Assembly (NCBI GenBank): GCA_000004985.1
Contig: GG738849.1
Length of the DNA stretch: 64,000 nt
Direction: 5' to 3' (one strand)
Source: Naegleria gruberi
Taxonomy: Eukaryota
The notes below the pieces were generated by a model. That model had not been told where the DNA came from and ran no database searches. It was given only the letters and a program-made list of their open reading frames with translations. Of this stretch, positions 22,268 through 33,410 are shown piece after piece (position 1 is the first letter of the stretch; each line of letters begins with the position of its first letter). A program made the position numbers and the translations under genes.

Positions 22268-23608
22268 CTAAATATTTTTTTTTATTATCCACTTATCAAA
22301 TGGTGGTTGAGATTTCATAGTATTCAATTTGATAACGTAGGTGGATTCTCTCTTTTTAATTTCGTGGTATGTTTTCATGTTTGGTTCCTTGTTTTCCAAT
22401 AGTTGAGCCAGTTCTGCACTCAGTTCCTTTCTTTTAATACAATTAATGAAGGATTTAAAGAAGATGTGTTTAGATAGTTGAGTGGCTGCTTTTGGAGTAT
22501 TTTCATCCTTCTTGGTTGTTCCTTGTTTGTGACCTTTCATACCAATAACAACTTCCTCAACATGAGATTGATTTTCCTGTGCTAAATTCAAGTAAGATCC
22601 TATACTATATCCACTGCCTTTTATCTTTGTTTCTGAAGCTCTATCAGAGAAATGTGGAATATTCGATACACCTTCCTTAAATAAGTAAAACGAAGGAGTC
22701 TTGGTACTTAATTGGTCAACTCTATCAACAATTGATTGATTCAATCGTTGTTGTGTGAGTTCCAAATCCAATTTAGATTTTTCACTCAACAATATTAAGA
22801 ATTTGTCAACAAAAATTGGTTCAAAAAAGTTTGATAATAATGATCCTTGAATTCCTACAACATTCCACTTTGTAATCTTGTCACTGCAGGACATGCTCTG
22901 ATTTCTTGAGCCTCCTCCAGGTTTTAGACGAACTAGATTGATAGTTTGATCCTCTCCAAACTTTTCATGAGTGCATGAATCGTTATGAATAATTTTAGAA
23001 CCAGTTCTACCTTCCAGTATTACCTTCTTTCTTTGTTTTTGGTTCTGATGAGTTTAGTTCTGTTTCATCTAGTTTCCGTTTCATATCATTCGGTTCAACA
23101 TTTTCAGACTTGTTGAGCTGTTCTTCATTATTTGCCTGGCTGTTTTGTTCAATAGTTTCACTTCCACTACTGACAGTACTAGGAGAATTAACAATTGAAC
23201 AATCCCCACCTTGAAAATAATTCTTCTAATAAAATTATGAAAACAATCCAATAACATACATGGCAATTCTGTTAATATCATGTATAATTCAAAATTATTC
23301 TTCAATTTCCACCTCTCCACTTCTTCTACCCAATCAAAATATTCCGAACACTTTCCACTCTCCATTAAATTGTACATAAATTTCATAAAACTTCTCCTTG
23401 CCATAACTTCAGCATGACAATCATGAAGTAAATATCCATTATTGATATCCTTCTCAATCAAGTCATGTCCGATACATTTTGTACCTGTACCAATCGAGCA
23501 GACAATGAATTTCTTTTCTTGTGGGATTGAATTATTAGAGCAATCCACTAAAACGAGAGCTGCAAAAATTGTAAATTCACTTCCTTGTGGTTTTCCTTTT
23601 TTTGTCAC
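22268..23608 (-). CDS. adat1: tRNA-specific adenosine deaminase 1 (ADAT1/Tad1-like A-to-I editase). Exon 1 23608-23260, 50-nt intron, exon 2 23209-22268, with a reading-frame discontinuity near 23022-23044
   Basis: Deaminase zinc motifs HDCHAEVMARR and TELPC|GDCS, the latter split by a GTATGT..CAAG intron. The C-terminal block KVILEGRTGSKII...SMSCSDKITKWNVVGIQGSLL aligns with human ADAT1 KVIDVYRTGAKCV...[21 protein letters not shown]. The frame changes by +1 inside CCAAAAACAAAGAAAGAAGG, with no intron long enough to explain it. Confidence 0.75.
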
Positions 23609-24074
23609 TTTGTCTGAATAAAACTATAGGTAAATAATTAATTGATAATTGTGTTTGAAACTAACTTTAAAAACATGCTTCATAAGATTTCCGAAATGAT
23701 GAGTTGTACAACCGTCATTATTAAATGACATTTTTTATATTTATTATTCTTTAAGATATTATTCTCAACAACTTGTTGCAAACTATTCTTTAATATACAT
23801 CCATAATGAAAATCGATTCAATATTATCCATCACTGAAAACAATTGTATTGAGAGGAGAAACAGACAACAATAGAAGTTGTTTGCTTGAGTAAGGAGCAA
23901 TATTTAAAAATAATATCAAAAAAAAAATTGTACAGCACAATCTTCCTCCCTTTTGTATTCAAACTTTGAACAAGAGAGCATTTTGAAGATTTAAATCACT
24001 TCCGCATTAAAAATAGTATTAATATTACTAGTGTGTTATTGTTAAATAGATTACTTTGTTGCGAATACTTTAGA

Positions 24075-27000
24075 ATGGCTGACGATTTATTGGATGGAAT
24101 TGATGATCTTTTTGATGACGATGATATTTCAAACCTTTTATCCTCAACAGATAATACTACACCAAGTCAAAATATACAACAACCCACACAAACATCACAA
24201 CAAATTCCCCTACCAAGACCTTCATCCTCTGTTTTAAATCATCAACCAATCAATGTTCCTACAGTAATCACATCAAACATGAGGTCATCATCCACTACGA
24301 TCCCAATGCCTCAACAACAACAACCCTTTAATAATGCTTTTAATAATAGGAGTAGTCAACCATTTATTAATTTCCACGGAATGAATCCATCTCATAACGT
24401 TATCAATCCTAACCAAATGCATACCATGAACAAACCAACAATGACTCAACAGGAATATCTGAATTTGATGAGAAATCCAAATCAGAACTACATACCTTCA
24501 AATCCTTCTTCATCCAATAACAATAATAATTTTATGAGGATGAATTCACTCCCCCTCAACCTTCCAAACATTAATAGCAACAATAGTAATACTGCAACAC
24601 ACAATCCTTACCTCATGCAAGTGGCTAATCTCAACAAACAACAACAACTTGTCAAAAGTTTTACAACTCAACAACCACAAGGTAAATACTCCTCCTCAGC
24701 AACTGCACAAGTAGCTCCACCAAAACCATCTATTCCTCTCCATTCTGTCATTAACCAAATGGGAGGAAATCCAAAACTCCAATTTTCAACAATGGTCAAT
24801 CCACCACCTTCTTCTGCTTCTGGTAATGCAAAATTGGCTCATTCATTCTTAAATTCTATTCAACAACTCAATACACCAACAGGTGGCGTAATACCTCCTT
24901 CTTTTTTCACATCAGCCCCATCAGCCCCAATTCAGATCACTCTACCAACAAGCACAAAGGGATTTCTTGAAATTTCAGCTGGTACAAAGTTAGGAAAGAA
25001 ATGGCCTAAACTTTTGAGTGAAATTCCAAAAGTTGAGATCACTGTTGTAAATAATAGAATATGGCAATCTTTGACCTCATCTCCAAACTCTAATGCTGAA
25101 AATAATTCCATCAGATGTTATGTTCCAGATTTTGGTTCAGAGTTTGATGATTTTGATGATGATGATCTTGATGATGAAGAGGACGATATGCTATCAGACG
25201 ACGAAGAGTTCAATAATATGGATGAGGAATCCTTTGACTTGAACAAATTTAATTCTAAAACCAAAAAGAGTCAAGGTATGAAGAGAACAAGGTCTGGAGA
25301 AAGACCAAGACAAAAAAGTAATGCGTGTGTCTATTTATTTTCTCCGAATAGAGAAGCATTTGGATATATTAGTTCTCAAGAGTATAATAATTGCTTTGTT
25401 CCTCTTTCTAAACACAAAGTAATCATGATAACTGTATCTCCACTTCCAAGTACTGATAATTCAGGAAGATTTTTTGTTTCTCTCAAAGTTTATCTTGTCA
25501 AAAAAGCCCTTGTGACTGATAAGAATATTCTCGAGTCTAATAATGATTCTAATGATTCCAATAACAATATTTTGACAACAGCTGTTGATGGAATGGCTGA
25601 TGAGCAAATTAGAATCTATAATATTCGTAAAAACTTTTTGAAAAAGTTATTCGAAATTTTAGATAGAAATAATTGTTCAACAGGTGCTTCTTCCTCTTCA
25701 GATTTAACTGAATATGATTCTAGCAAAGTGAGAAAGACGAGTGAATCTGATATTAATGCTTCTAGAATTAAACAAGAGGAAGAGGATGATCTTGATGCCC
25801 TCGATGACACTGATTTGGATGAGTACATTATTCAAAAAGCACCAGCTTCCAGCTCTACAAGCAGTTCTAACTTGGATATCCAAGGTACTGATAAGAGTCT
25901 AGAGAAGCAACTCGAAGAGTTGTACGATGAGATTGAAAAAACAATTGTTGATGATGAAAATGCAGAGAATGATTTTTCTGATGAGGAGGAATCGAGTCAT
26001 CACGAAATTGAAATTCCTGACGATACACTCTTAACGGCTGATCTTAGAAGTTATCAAAAGACTGCTGTGAAATGGATGCTTAAACGTGAAAGAATTGGAG
26101 AAGATAAAGTCAAAACCACACCCAAGTTACACTCCCTTTATCAAGAAAGAAAATTCCCAGACGGAACAGCATTTTACTTTAATCCTCTTAATGGTATTAT
26201 AACATTGACATTTGTTCCTGCTCCACCTGAACCAAAGGGTGGTATTCTTGCTGAGTAAGTTTTTATTTTCGAATACTGGTTACTAATTTAATAATTTTTT
26301 AGTGAAATGGGTCTTGGTAAGACTGTAGAAGTAATTGGCTTGATTGCCTCCAATAGAATGAAAGGAAAAAAGAATACACAAAAAGTTGGTGACAAGTATC
26401 AATCTCCTGCTACTTTGGTTGTAACTCCATTGACTATTGTTGACCAGTGGAAGCAAGAAATTGAAAAGCACACAAACAATCAACTCAGTGTATACGTTTA
26501 TCAAGGTAGTAGGCGTATCAGAGATGCACCAACACTTCTCAAATATGATGTAATTATTACCACATACAACACACTTAGTTTCGAGTTTAGTCAAACTTAT
26601 ACACCAGCAAAAGAAAGGTCCAACGCAAAAAAGAAACAAACGAAGGATACATCAATGCAGCAACCTAGTCCAATATACAAGATGAAATTTTTCAGAGTTG
26701 TTCTCGATGAAGCTCACAATATTAAAAATAGAAAGTCTCTTCAGGCCAGGGCTACAGCAGCTGTTGATGCAGAAAGAAGATGGGCAGTCACCGGTACACC
26801 AATTCAAAATCATATTGATGACTTATTCTCACTATTCCACTTCTTGAAAGTTAATCCACATGGAGATTGGAGATGGTGGTCAAGGTTTATTGGCAAACCA
26901 TTCGAAAAGAAGGATAAGAAGGCTATTGACGCTCTTCAATCTGTTATCAAGAAGTTGGTCATTCGTAGAACAAAGAATAAGAAGATTAATGGTAAAAGAA

Positions 27001-28151
27001 TTGTCATGTTGCCACCAAAGAGAATCGAGACAGTCAATATACAATTTACTGAGGCAGAGAGTAATTTTTACAAATCTCTCTACGAGTACAGCAAGGGTAA
27101 ATTTAACGAGTTTGTTAGAAGTGGAACTGTTCTTAAAAATTATGCAAACATTTTGGAAATGCTTTTGCACTTGAGACAGGTTTGCAACCATCCAGCTCTC
27201 ATCATTACAAGTTTCCAGAAGAAATCTGAAAAATCAACCATGAATGGCTTCTTGGAAAGTTTTGAACAAAAGAATGCCTTTGAAGTATATGATTCTATTT
27301 TACCAATGTTACCTCAAGTTTTAAAACTTAATAAGGAAAAGAACAAACCAAAACAAAATTTGGAAGATGGCATGATTTCCTCTCAACTCAAAGCTATTAA
27401 TGTTACTAAATATATGAGGACTAATTGGAGATCGAGTAGTAAGATTGGAGCTCTTATAGAAAAATTGAGAGTTTTAGAGTTGGGAACTAAATCAGTTGTG
27501 TTCTCACAGTGGACATCCATGTTGGACTTGGTAGAAGTAGCTCTCGAAAAATCTAACATTAAATTCGTCAGACTTGATGGTAAAATGCAAAGAAAAGACA
27601 GAGATGATGCAGTACAAAAATTCAAATTTGATCCTCATATTCAAGTTTGTCTTATTTCCCTCAAGGTTGGTGGTACAGGGTTGAACTTGGTTTGGGCTAC
27701 ACATGTATTTTTATTAGATCCATGGTGGAATCCTGCTATTGAAGAGCAAGCCATTGATAGAGTTCACCGTATTGGTCAAGATAAGCCTGTTACTGTTTTC
27801 AGATTCGTTGTAAAGGATTCAGTTGAAGAACGTATTTTGAGTTTACAAAAGAGTAAGACTAAAATTGCCAATGAAGCGCTCAATCTTGGTGGAAGTGATG
27901 ACGAGGAAGAAGAAAATTATACAACCTATACAACATCATTCTTGGGTGGCTCATTTGGTGGTGGTGCTTTGAAGAGCAAGTCATATGACTCTGATGAAGA
28001 ATATGAGGATGACGATGAAGACGAATTCAATGAAGTAACTGTAGATGACTTGGAGGATGAAGAATCAGGATCTGGTGGTGCCATGTTTGGCCATACCAAG
28101 AAGGATGCTCAAAAAATACGTATCAAGGATTTGTCTACAATCTTTGTTTAA
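24075..28151 (+). CDS. SNF2-family DNA-dependent ATPase of the Rad5/Rad16/lodestar lineage, with no RING finger visible between the ATPase lobes. Exons 24075-26254 and 26303-28151
   Basis: A 48-nt GTAAGT..TAG intron splits the codon GA|T and reconstitutes canonical motif I, ILA-DEMGLGKT. Further motifs are DEAHNIKNRKS (motif II), VTGTPIQNHIDDLFSLFHFLKV and the helicase-C block LISLKVGGTGLNLVWATHVFLLDPWWNPAIEEQAIDRVHRIGQ. The N-terminal 700 aa are N/Q/S-rich and acidic. Confidence 0.8.
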
Positions 28152-28242
28152 TAAAACAAGAATTATTGTCTACAATCTCTTTAATTCTAATAAATGTGAA
28201 CTGAATGACACAAAAGAGGAAACATAAAATTATGATAAAAAA

Positions 28243-29091
28243 ATGAGTCAACAGCCTTTTTTCCAGAAGGTTACACAGGCAAGAAAGAGCAAGTCTTCTG
28301 TTCCGAATACATCTACAAGCTTTTTTTCCACTTTAAATGCAACACTCCAAAACGATACAAGCGATAGGGATTTTTTGAATTATTTTAGTCTGAGTGAAGA
28401 GGATCACCAGAGAAGTGATGAAGCCCTTGGTCTTCGTACACAACATGATCCAGAAGCTAGTACACCATTAGCACCAGAAGATGATGAGGATGAACCTGTG
28501 GGGGATGAGGAAAACTCTCCAATATCACAACCAACACCTAGGACAAGACCTAGGCATCCAAACTATGGAATGAAAACAGTGAGGCAAACTTCTGCCTCTT
28601 CATCAAATAATCCAAATGAAAAACGAAAAAGAAAGCAAAGGTGGCTTCAAGAAATTCGAAAATATCAAAAATCAACTAGGAATCTCATTCCAAGGGCATC
28701 TTTAATTAGATTAATCAAACAAGTTACTGCCGAATTATCTGAGAAAATTCCATACATTAGACAGCTTGCTGGTGAAGGTGCAATTCGATGGAGAAAGGAT
28801 GCTCTTGCTGCTCTCCATTCAGCAGCAGAAGATTTTTTACATGAATTTTTAACACTTTCTAACTATGCCACATTGCATGCCAAAAGAGTTACACTCATGG
28901 GTAGGGATTTAAAGCTTGTACAAAATATTAATAGGGAACACAATAGACATAGTAACAATGCTGGAGGAAAGAAACAAGCGTCATTTCAAGAAAGACCAGC
29001 AAGGAAGAGAAAGGATCCCAAGCGTAAGGACCTTTCAGAGTCAGTCCCAGAAAATAGTGATGATTCTATGAGAGATGAAGAGTCCTCATAA
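28243..29091 (+). CDS. Centromeric histone H3 variant (CenH3/CENP-A-like): long divergent N-terminal tail, H3 histone fold with extended loop 1, plus a roughly 45-aa basic/acidic C-terminal extension
   Basis: Histone-fold region RWLQEIRKYQKSTRNLIPRASLIRLIKQV...LHAKRVTLMGRDLKLVQNI compared with H3 [28 protein letters not shown]...IHAKRVTIMPKDIQLARRI. Loop 1 (SEKIPYIRQLAGEGAIRWRKDA) is longer than in canonical H3, and the N-terminus is non-H3. Both are CenH3 hallmarks. Confidence 0.75.
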   Translation: MSQQPFFQKVTQARKSKSSVPNTSTSFFSTLNATLQNDTSDRDFLNYFSLSEEDHQRSDEALGLRTQHDPEASTPLAPEDDEDEPVGDEENSPISQPTPRTRPRHPNYGMKTVRQTSASSSNNPNEKRKRKQRWLQEIRKYQKSTRNLIPRASLIRLIKQVTAELSEKIPYIRQLAGEGAIRWRKDALAALHSAAEDFLHEFLTLSNYATLHAKRVTLMGRDLKLVQNINREHNRHSNNAGGKKQASFQERPARKRKDPKRKDLSESVPENSDDSMRDEESS

Positions 29092-29160
29092 TTTCAAATC
29101 ACTTTGTAAATAGCCTTTAACTGTAACAATATCAAAAATTGTAAAATATGTTCATGTATG

Positions 29161-29189
29161 TGATCGAATTTTAATACCCGCCATTTTTT
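29161..29189. promoter_or_regulatory. Composite TGTATGTGATCGAATTTTAATACCCGCCATTTTTT upstream of the FIGL1-like AAA ATPase
   Basis: Shares the 14-mer TGTATGTGATCGAA with the 4574-4587 element, and an E2F-like CCCGCCATTTT 10 bp downstream of it. Confidence 0.45.
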
Positions 29190-29200
29190 CTTCACTTCCA

Positions 29201-31147
29201 GTGTTTGTTCGAAATGCTAAATTAAAAAAAATGTCTGAACACTGCTCACTTTCGGAACAACTTGCGACCATACTAGTGCTACGAGAGGAAAATTTACTCT
29301 CTGAACCAAAACGAACGGACACTGTGGAAGTAACAATACCCGATTATTTTTCAAAACATTATAATAGAGTTTTAAGAGATCCTCTGGGGGAGTATCGTTC
29401 TCTGATTGAAGTACAATCGGTTGAAGAGGCTAATAGTTTTATAACATTTTCTAAACAAATCTTTAATCAAGTCTCTGTGGAGAATAATATAGTAGAACCA
29501 TCAAATTATAAATTAATATCAAAATCAGAAATCACAAGACAGTCACCACTTCTCCAAGCGTTAATGGTGAAAAGACAACACGAATATATTGCACCAAAAA
29601 TTGTAAATGTACCTTCATCTGTTGTTCGATCAACAACTCCGAGCTTTGAAAATGTAAATAGTAATAATTCAGTTGTACAGCAACAACAAATAGGAAGGAA
29701 GCCTATTCGATCATCTCACAACAACAAGTCTTCTGATGTTATGGTCATTGATGATGACGAGGAAAAACAACCAAAAAGTTCCTTCGTGACAGCTAAACAA
29801 TTAGTGAAGAAAAACAAGGGTAGTAATAGTAAGGATATTATGTCTGATGATGAAAATGAAGAGGAAACAATCAAGAAAAAGACATTGAGCGACATTAAAA
29901 ATCCAACCTCTAACTATCATCCAGTCACTTCATTGACAAGAAATTGTGGAGAAAATACAGGTGGAACGAAAAGGAAAAAGTTTGTGCCACCTTTGAAAGA
30001 TAATGGCAATAATAATAGTAATAATAATAATAATTCGAGTTCAAATTCAGGAGAAAAGCCTGCAAAAAAGAAAAAGAAAGGTGCTGATGATGAAAAGGCT
30101 CCTGATTTATCTAAATTATTTGAGGATGGTGAAATACCAGAGGAGTTGTCACATCTAGATCCTAAATTGATTGAGACAATTTCTAATGAAATTTTGGAAT
30201 CTAAAGTATCTGTAACTTGGGATGATATTGCTGGTTTGGCCTATGCAAAGAAATCAGTGCAGGAGGCTGTTATTTGGCCCCTAATGAGACCAGATTTATT
30301 TACAGGATTAAGAAAGCCTCCAAAGGGTAAGTTATAATTTCTGTTTAAAATATTCAAATTTATTTAAAATATTAATGAAATAGGACTTTTATTATTTGGA
30401 CCACCTGGTACTGGTAAGACACTGATTGGTAAGGCTATTGCTCATGAGAGTGGATCAACCTTCTTTTCCATTTCTGCATCCAGTTTAACCAGTAAATGGG
30501 TTGGTGAAGGTGAAAAATTGGTGAAAACACTATTTTCTCTGGCTAGATATTTCCAACCTTCTGTTGTTTTTATTGATGAAATTGACAGTTTACTTTCTCA
30601 AAGAAGTGATGGAGATGCTGACAATGGATCTAGAAGACTCAAAACAGAATTTTTAGTTCAATTGGATGGTGCTTCTACAAATGATGACCAAGATAGAATT
30701 TTGATTGTGGGTGCAACCAATAGACCAGAAGAAATTGACGAAGCTGTCAGAAGAAGAATGGGCAAGAGATTGTACATTCCTCTTCCATCTAAGGAGGGTA
30801 GAAAGGAAATGTTTTTGAGACTTCTCGCCAAGAATCCTAATACACTCTCTGATGAAGAAATGGAAAAGTTAGTAGAACTCACTGATGGTTATTCGGGTTC
30901 TGATATCAAAAATCTTTGTGCTGAAGCTTCTATGTTCTCAGTTAGAGATCTTGGATCATTTATTAAGCATGCGTCAGCTGATCAATTGAGGCCAATTGAG
31001 TTTAAGGATTGTAGATCAGCCCTTAAATCAATTCGTCCTTCTGTAGCACAAAGTGATCTAGATAGATATATTGAATGGAATAGAACATTTGGTTCTTTTG
31101 ATTTTGATGAGAAGGAACAAGAAGAGTCATCAGCAAAAAGTGATTAA
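29201..31147 (+). CDS. AAA ATPase of the meiotic clade (fidgetin-like 1 type). Exons 29201-30326 and 30384-31147
   Basis: A 57-nt GTAAGT..ATAG intron splits the codon G|GA and restores ...[27 protein letters not shown] (Walker A). Downstream motifs are [11 protein letters not shown] (Walker B), [21 protein letters not shown] (second region of homology with arginine finger) and the C-terminal WNRTFGSF. A non-ATPase N-terminal region precedes the ATPase; the start may be ATG 29201 or 29231. Confidence 0.8.
30008..30034 (+). repeat. (AAT)n imperfect microsatellite encoding an Asn/Ser run in the FIGL1-like gene
   Basis: aataataatagtaataataataataat. Confidence 0.85.
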
Positions 31148-31483
31148 AATTTTTATTGTGTATTCTTCATCTTAATCAATTAGCTACTCCAGATAATTTA
31201 ACAAAACTCGATGTCTGTCGATATTGAACTAGGTGAAAGGAATCCGAAACTTAAAATCACTTAATACCAACATTGGGGACAGAAAACTTTGTTATCCTTG
31301 ACTTGTTTTGCAAAACTCTGTTATTGATAGTTGAAGAATCCAATAAATCCAAGAAAACACTTTTCTTTGTTAATGCTAAAATATATTTCTGAATTTTTCA
31401 GATTTAACATTTCACCGATTCTTGTGATATTTTTCACATCATGCTGTTTTCCATAGTTCTTTGAAGGTTCCATTCTCATCAGA

Positions 31484-31971
31484 TTATAATAAATACTTTT
31501 TGAAATATTTCAATTTGCCATCACCATTGAAATAACATTCATAACAATGAGTCATAATATATGGTTTTCCAACATTGGTTGGACACTCTTCAATTAATCT
31601 CATTTCAACTTCTACTCCATATCCGAACCAATTGGGTTTAGTTTTGAATTTAGGTTCGAGTGTTGAAAGTGGATTATCCTTCCTAAAATTTTCGATACCT
31701 TGTTTAAAAACAATTTGTTCTGCCATTTGATGAGAGATGCGACTTCTACCTGCAGTTGAGAAATCAGACCAATCTTGTTTATCGTATTTTTCTAATTGTG
31801 ATTGCAGGAACGTTTCACATTCTAATTTAATTTTATCATCATGAGAGAGTGAATCGGCTGCTTTATCCGAATTATTTACACCAGTACTTGTTGATTCTGT
31901 GGCAGTCTGTGAAGATGTTGTTGATGGATCTTTTGTATCCTTTGAATTATTGGTTTGTTGTTGAAGCATTT
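31484..31971 (-). CDS. Hypothetical small protein (about 160-180 aa) with a conserved-looking C-terminal block
   Basis: Minus-strand ORF 31484-32035; the most plausible start is MLQQQ at about 31971. The C-terminus PNWFGYGVEVEMRLIEECPTNVGKPYIMTHCYECYFNGDGK looks like a folded domain, but I do not recognise the family. Confidence 0.35.
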
Positions 31972-32099
31972 TTTTATTGAAAATAGTCAAACAGTCATAA
32001 TGTGTCAAAATTATCTGGCATTTGACGTATTTCAATAATTTCCAAGACTTTTAAGGGACAACCAATTGCTTATTCTCTTCGTTCCACTATGAAAAGAAT

Positions 32100-33218
32100 T
32101 CAATTTTTTAAATCCATCTCAAAATTGATGCAAACATCGTAATATTTTGAATTTTTCAGCATGATTCTATGATATTTACAATTTGGTGATCCATAAAGCA
32201 ATTCACACACAAAATCCAATTCTTCCAATGTTGAGGGAAGATACAATGCTTTTCCTCTTCTTCTACATCTTCCAGATCGCATTCTACTAATTGCCTTATC
32301 ACAAATGACATCAAAATGCACAACCAATTCGCACCACTGCATGTCAATTCCATACCAATCATCATGAGTGCCAATCAAATACAACGATTCATAATACAGT
32401 TGATGTAATTTCCCACACTGAGGAACAACCAATAGGGAGGGAAATATTGAATCTTTTAGAATGACATGAAACTGCTCTGCTCTGGAGTAGGTATTGCAGA
32501 ATAGTACCGTAGAGACAGTTCCATTTTGAATGGATTGTAGCAAGCTGAGCTTTTGATCCATTTTTGGACAATAGACGAAATTCTCATAAATATTATCTCC
32601 CAACTGCTTCTCTCTTTGATCGAATGTAATAATAAGTGAATCCTTCAAATAATCATCATACATGTAACATTCTTTGGGTAACATTCTCAAACCAGTTCCC
32701 AGAATTTCACATCCTTTTGGGAGTTGATTGAAAATACTCTTAATACACTTTCTTCTTCCACATCCAATCTCTAACATGATATCCATTTCATCAATTGCAA
32801 GAATTTCCAAACTAGTAAAATTAATTCTATTCTTCTTAATTGCTAATTCTGGAGTGGTAATCAAAATTCTTGGATTTTCTCTCCAATCACTAGAAATTTT
32901 CGCCTCTTGAATAAAATCAGCAAGAGCAAGCATAGCACTTCTTACTTGATAGGCCAAAAACTCGTTCGGAACTAGAACTAAACCTTGCAATTGATCATCC
33001 TTCTTTGAAAAATCAACATGTTTCAATACTTTAATTATCAATCCAATAGTTTTCCCTGATCCTGCAATCCATTGAACTAGTGTGCAAGATTTCGTTGATT
33101 CAAAAGATTTCAAGATGGCTATTTGGGAGGGAAGCATCATTTCAAATCCATAGCAATAAATTCCTTTTAAAAGATTCTCCGAAACATTTAAATCCTCAAA
33201 AGATGTAGAATCAGACAT
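32100..33218 (-). CDS. Divergent eIF4A-like DEAD-box helicase paralogue with degenerate catalytic motifs (DEMD in place of DEAD), 372 aa, intronless
   Basis: Collinear with the eIF4A N-terminus: FEDLNVSENLLKGIYCYGFEMMLPSQIAILKSFESTKSCTLVQWIAGSGKTIGLI compared with [53 protein letters not shown]. Motif II is LAIDEMDIML, and motif VI is degenerate (SRMRSGRCRRRGKA). Confidence 0.65.
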   Translation of the reverse strand: MSDSTSFEDLNVSENLLKGIYCYGFEMMLPSQIAILKSFESTKSCTLVQWIAGSGKTIGLIIKVLKHVDFSKKDDQLQGLVLVPNEFLAYQVRSAMLALADFIQEAKISSDWRENPRILITTPELAIKKNRINFTSLEILAIDEMDIMLEIGCGRRKCIKSIFNQLPKGCEILGTGLRMLPKECYMYDDYLKDSLIITFDQREKQLGDNIYENFVYCPKMDQKLSLLQSIQNGTVSTVLFCNTYSRAEQFHVILKDSIFPSLLVVPQCGKLHQLYYESLYLIGTHDDWYGIDMQWCELVVHFDVICDKAISRMRSGRCRRRGKALYLPSTLEELDFVCELLYGSPNCKYHRIMLKNSKYYDVCINFEMDLKN

Positions 33219-33410
33219 TTTTTTGATTGAGAGTAGTTAACCTTGATCATTTGGAAAATTCAATCTACAGATATTCCCATTAAATCTGTTAGGCTTTGAA
33301 AAATTTAAAACCCTTGATCGCTTTTTATCGGCAGTTGGAAAAAAATCAATGGTTATTGTATGATCACAATGAAGGTCAAATCGAAACGTTATTTTTTTAT
33401 TTTTAAAAAA

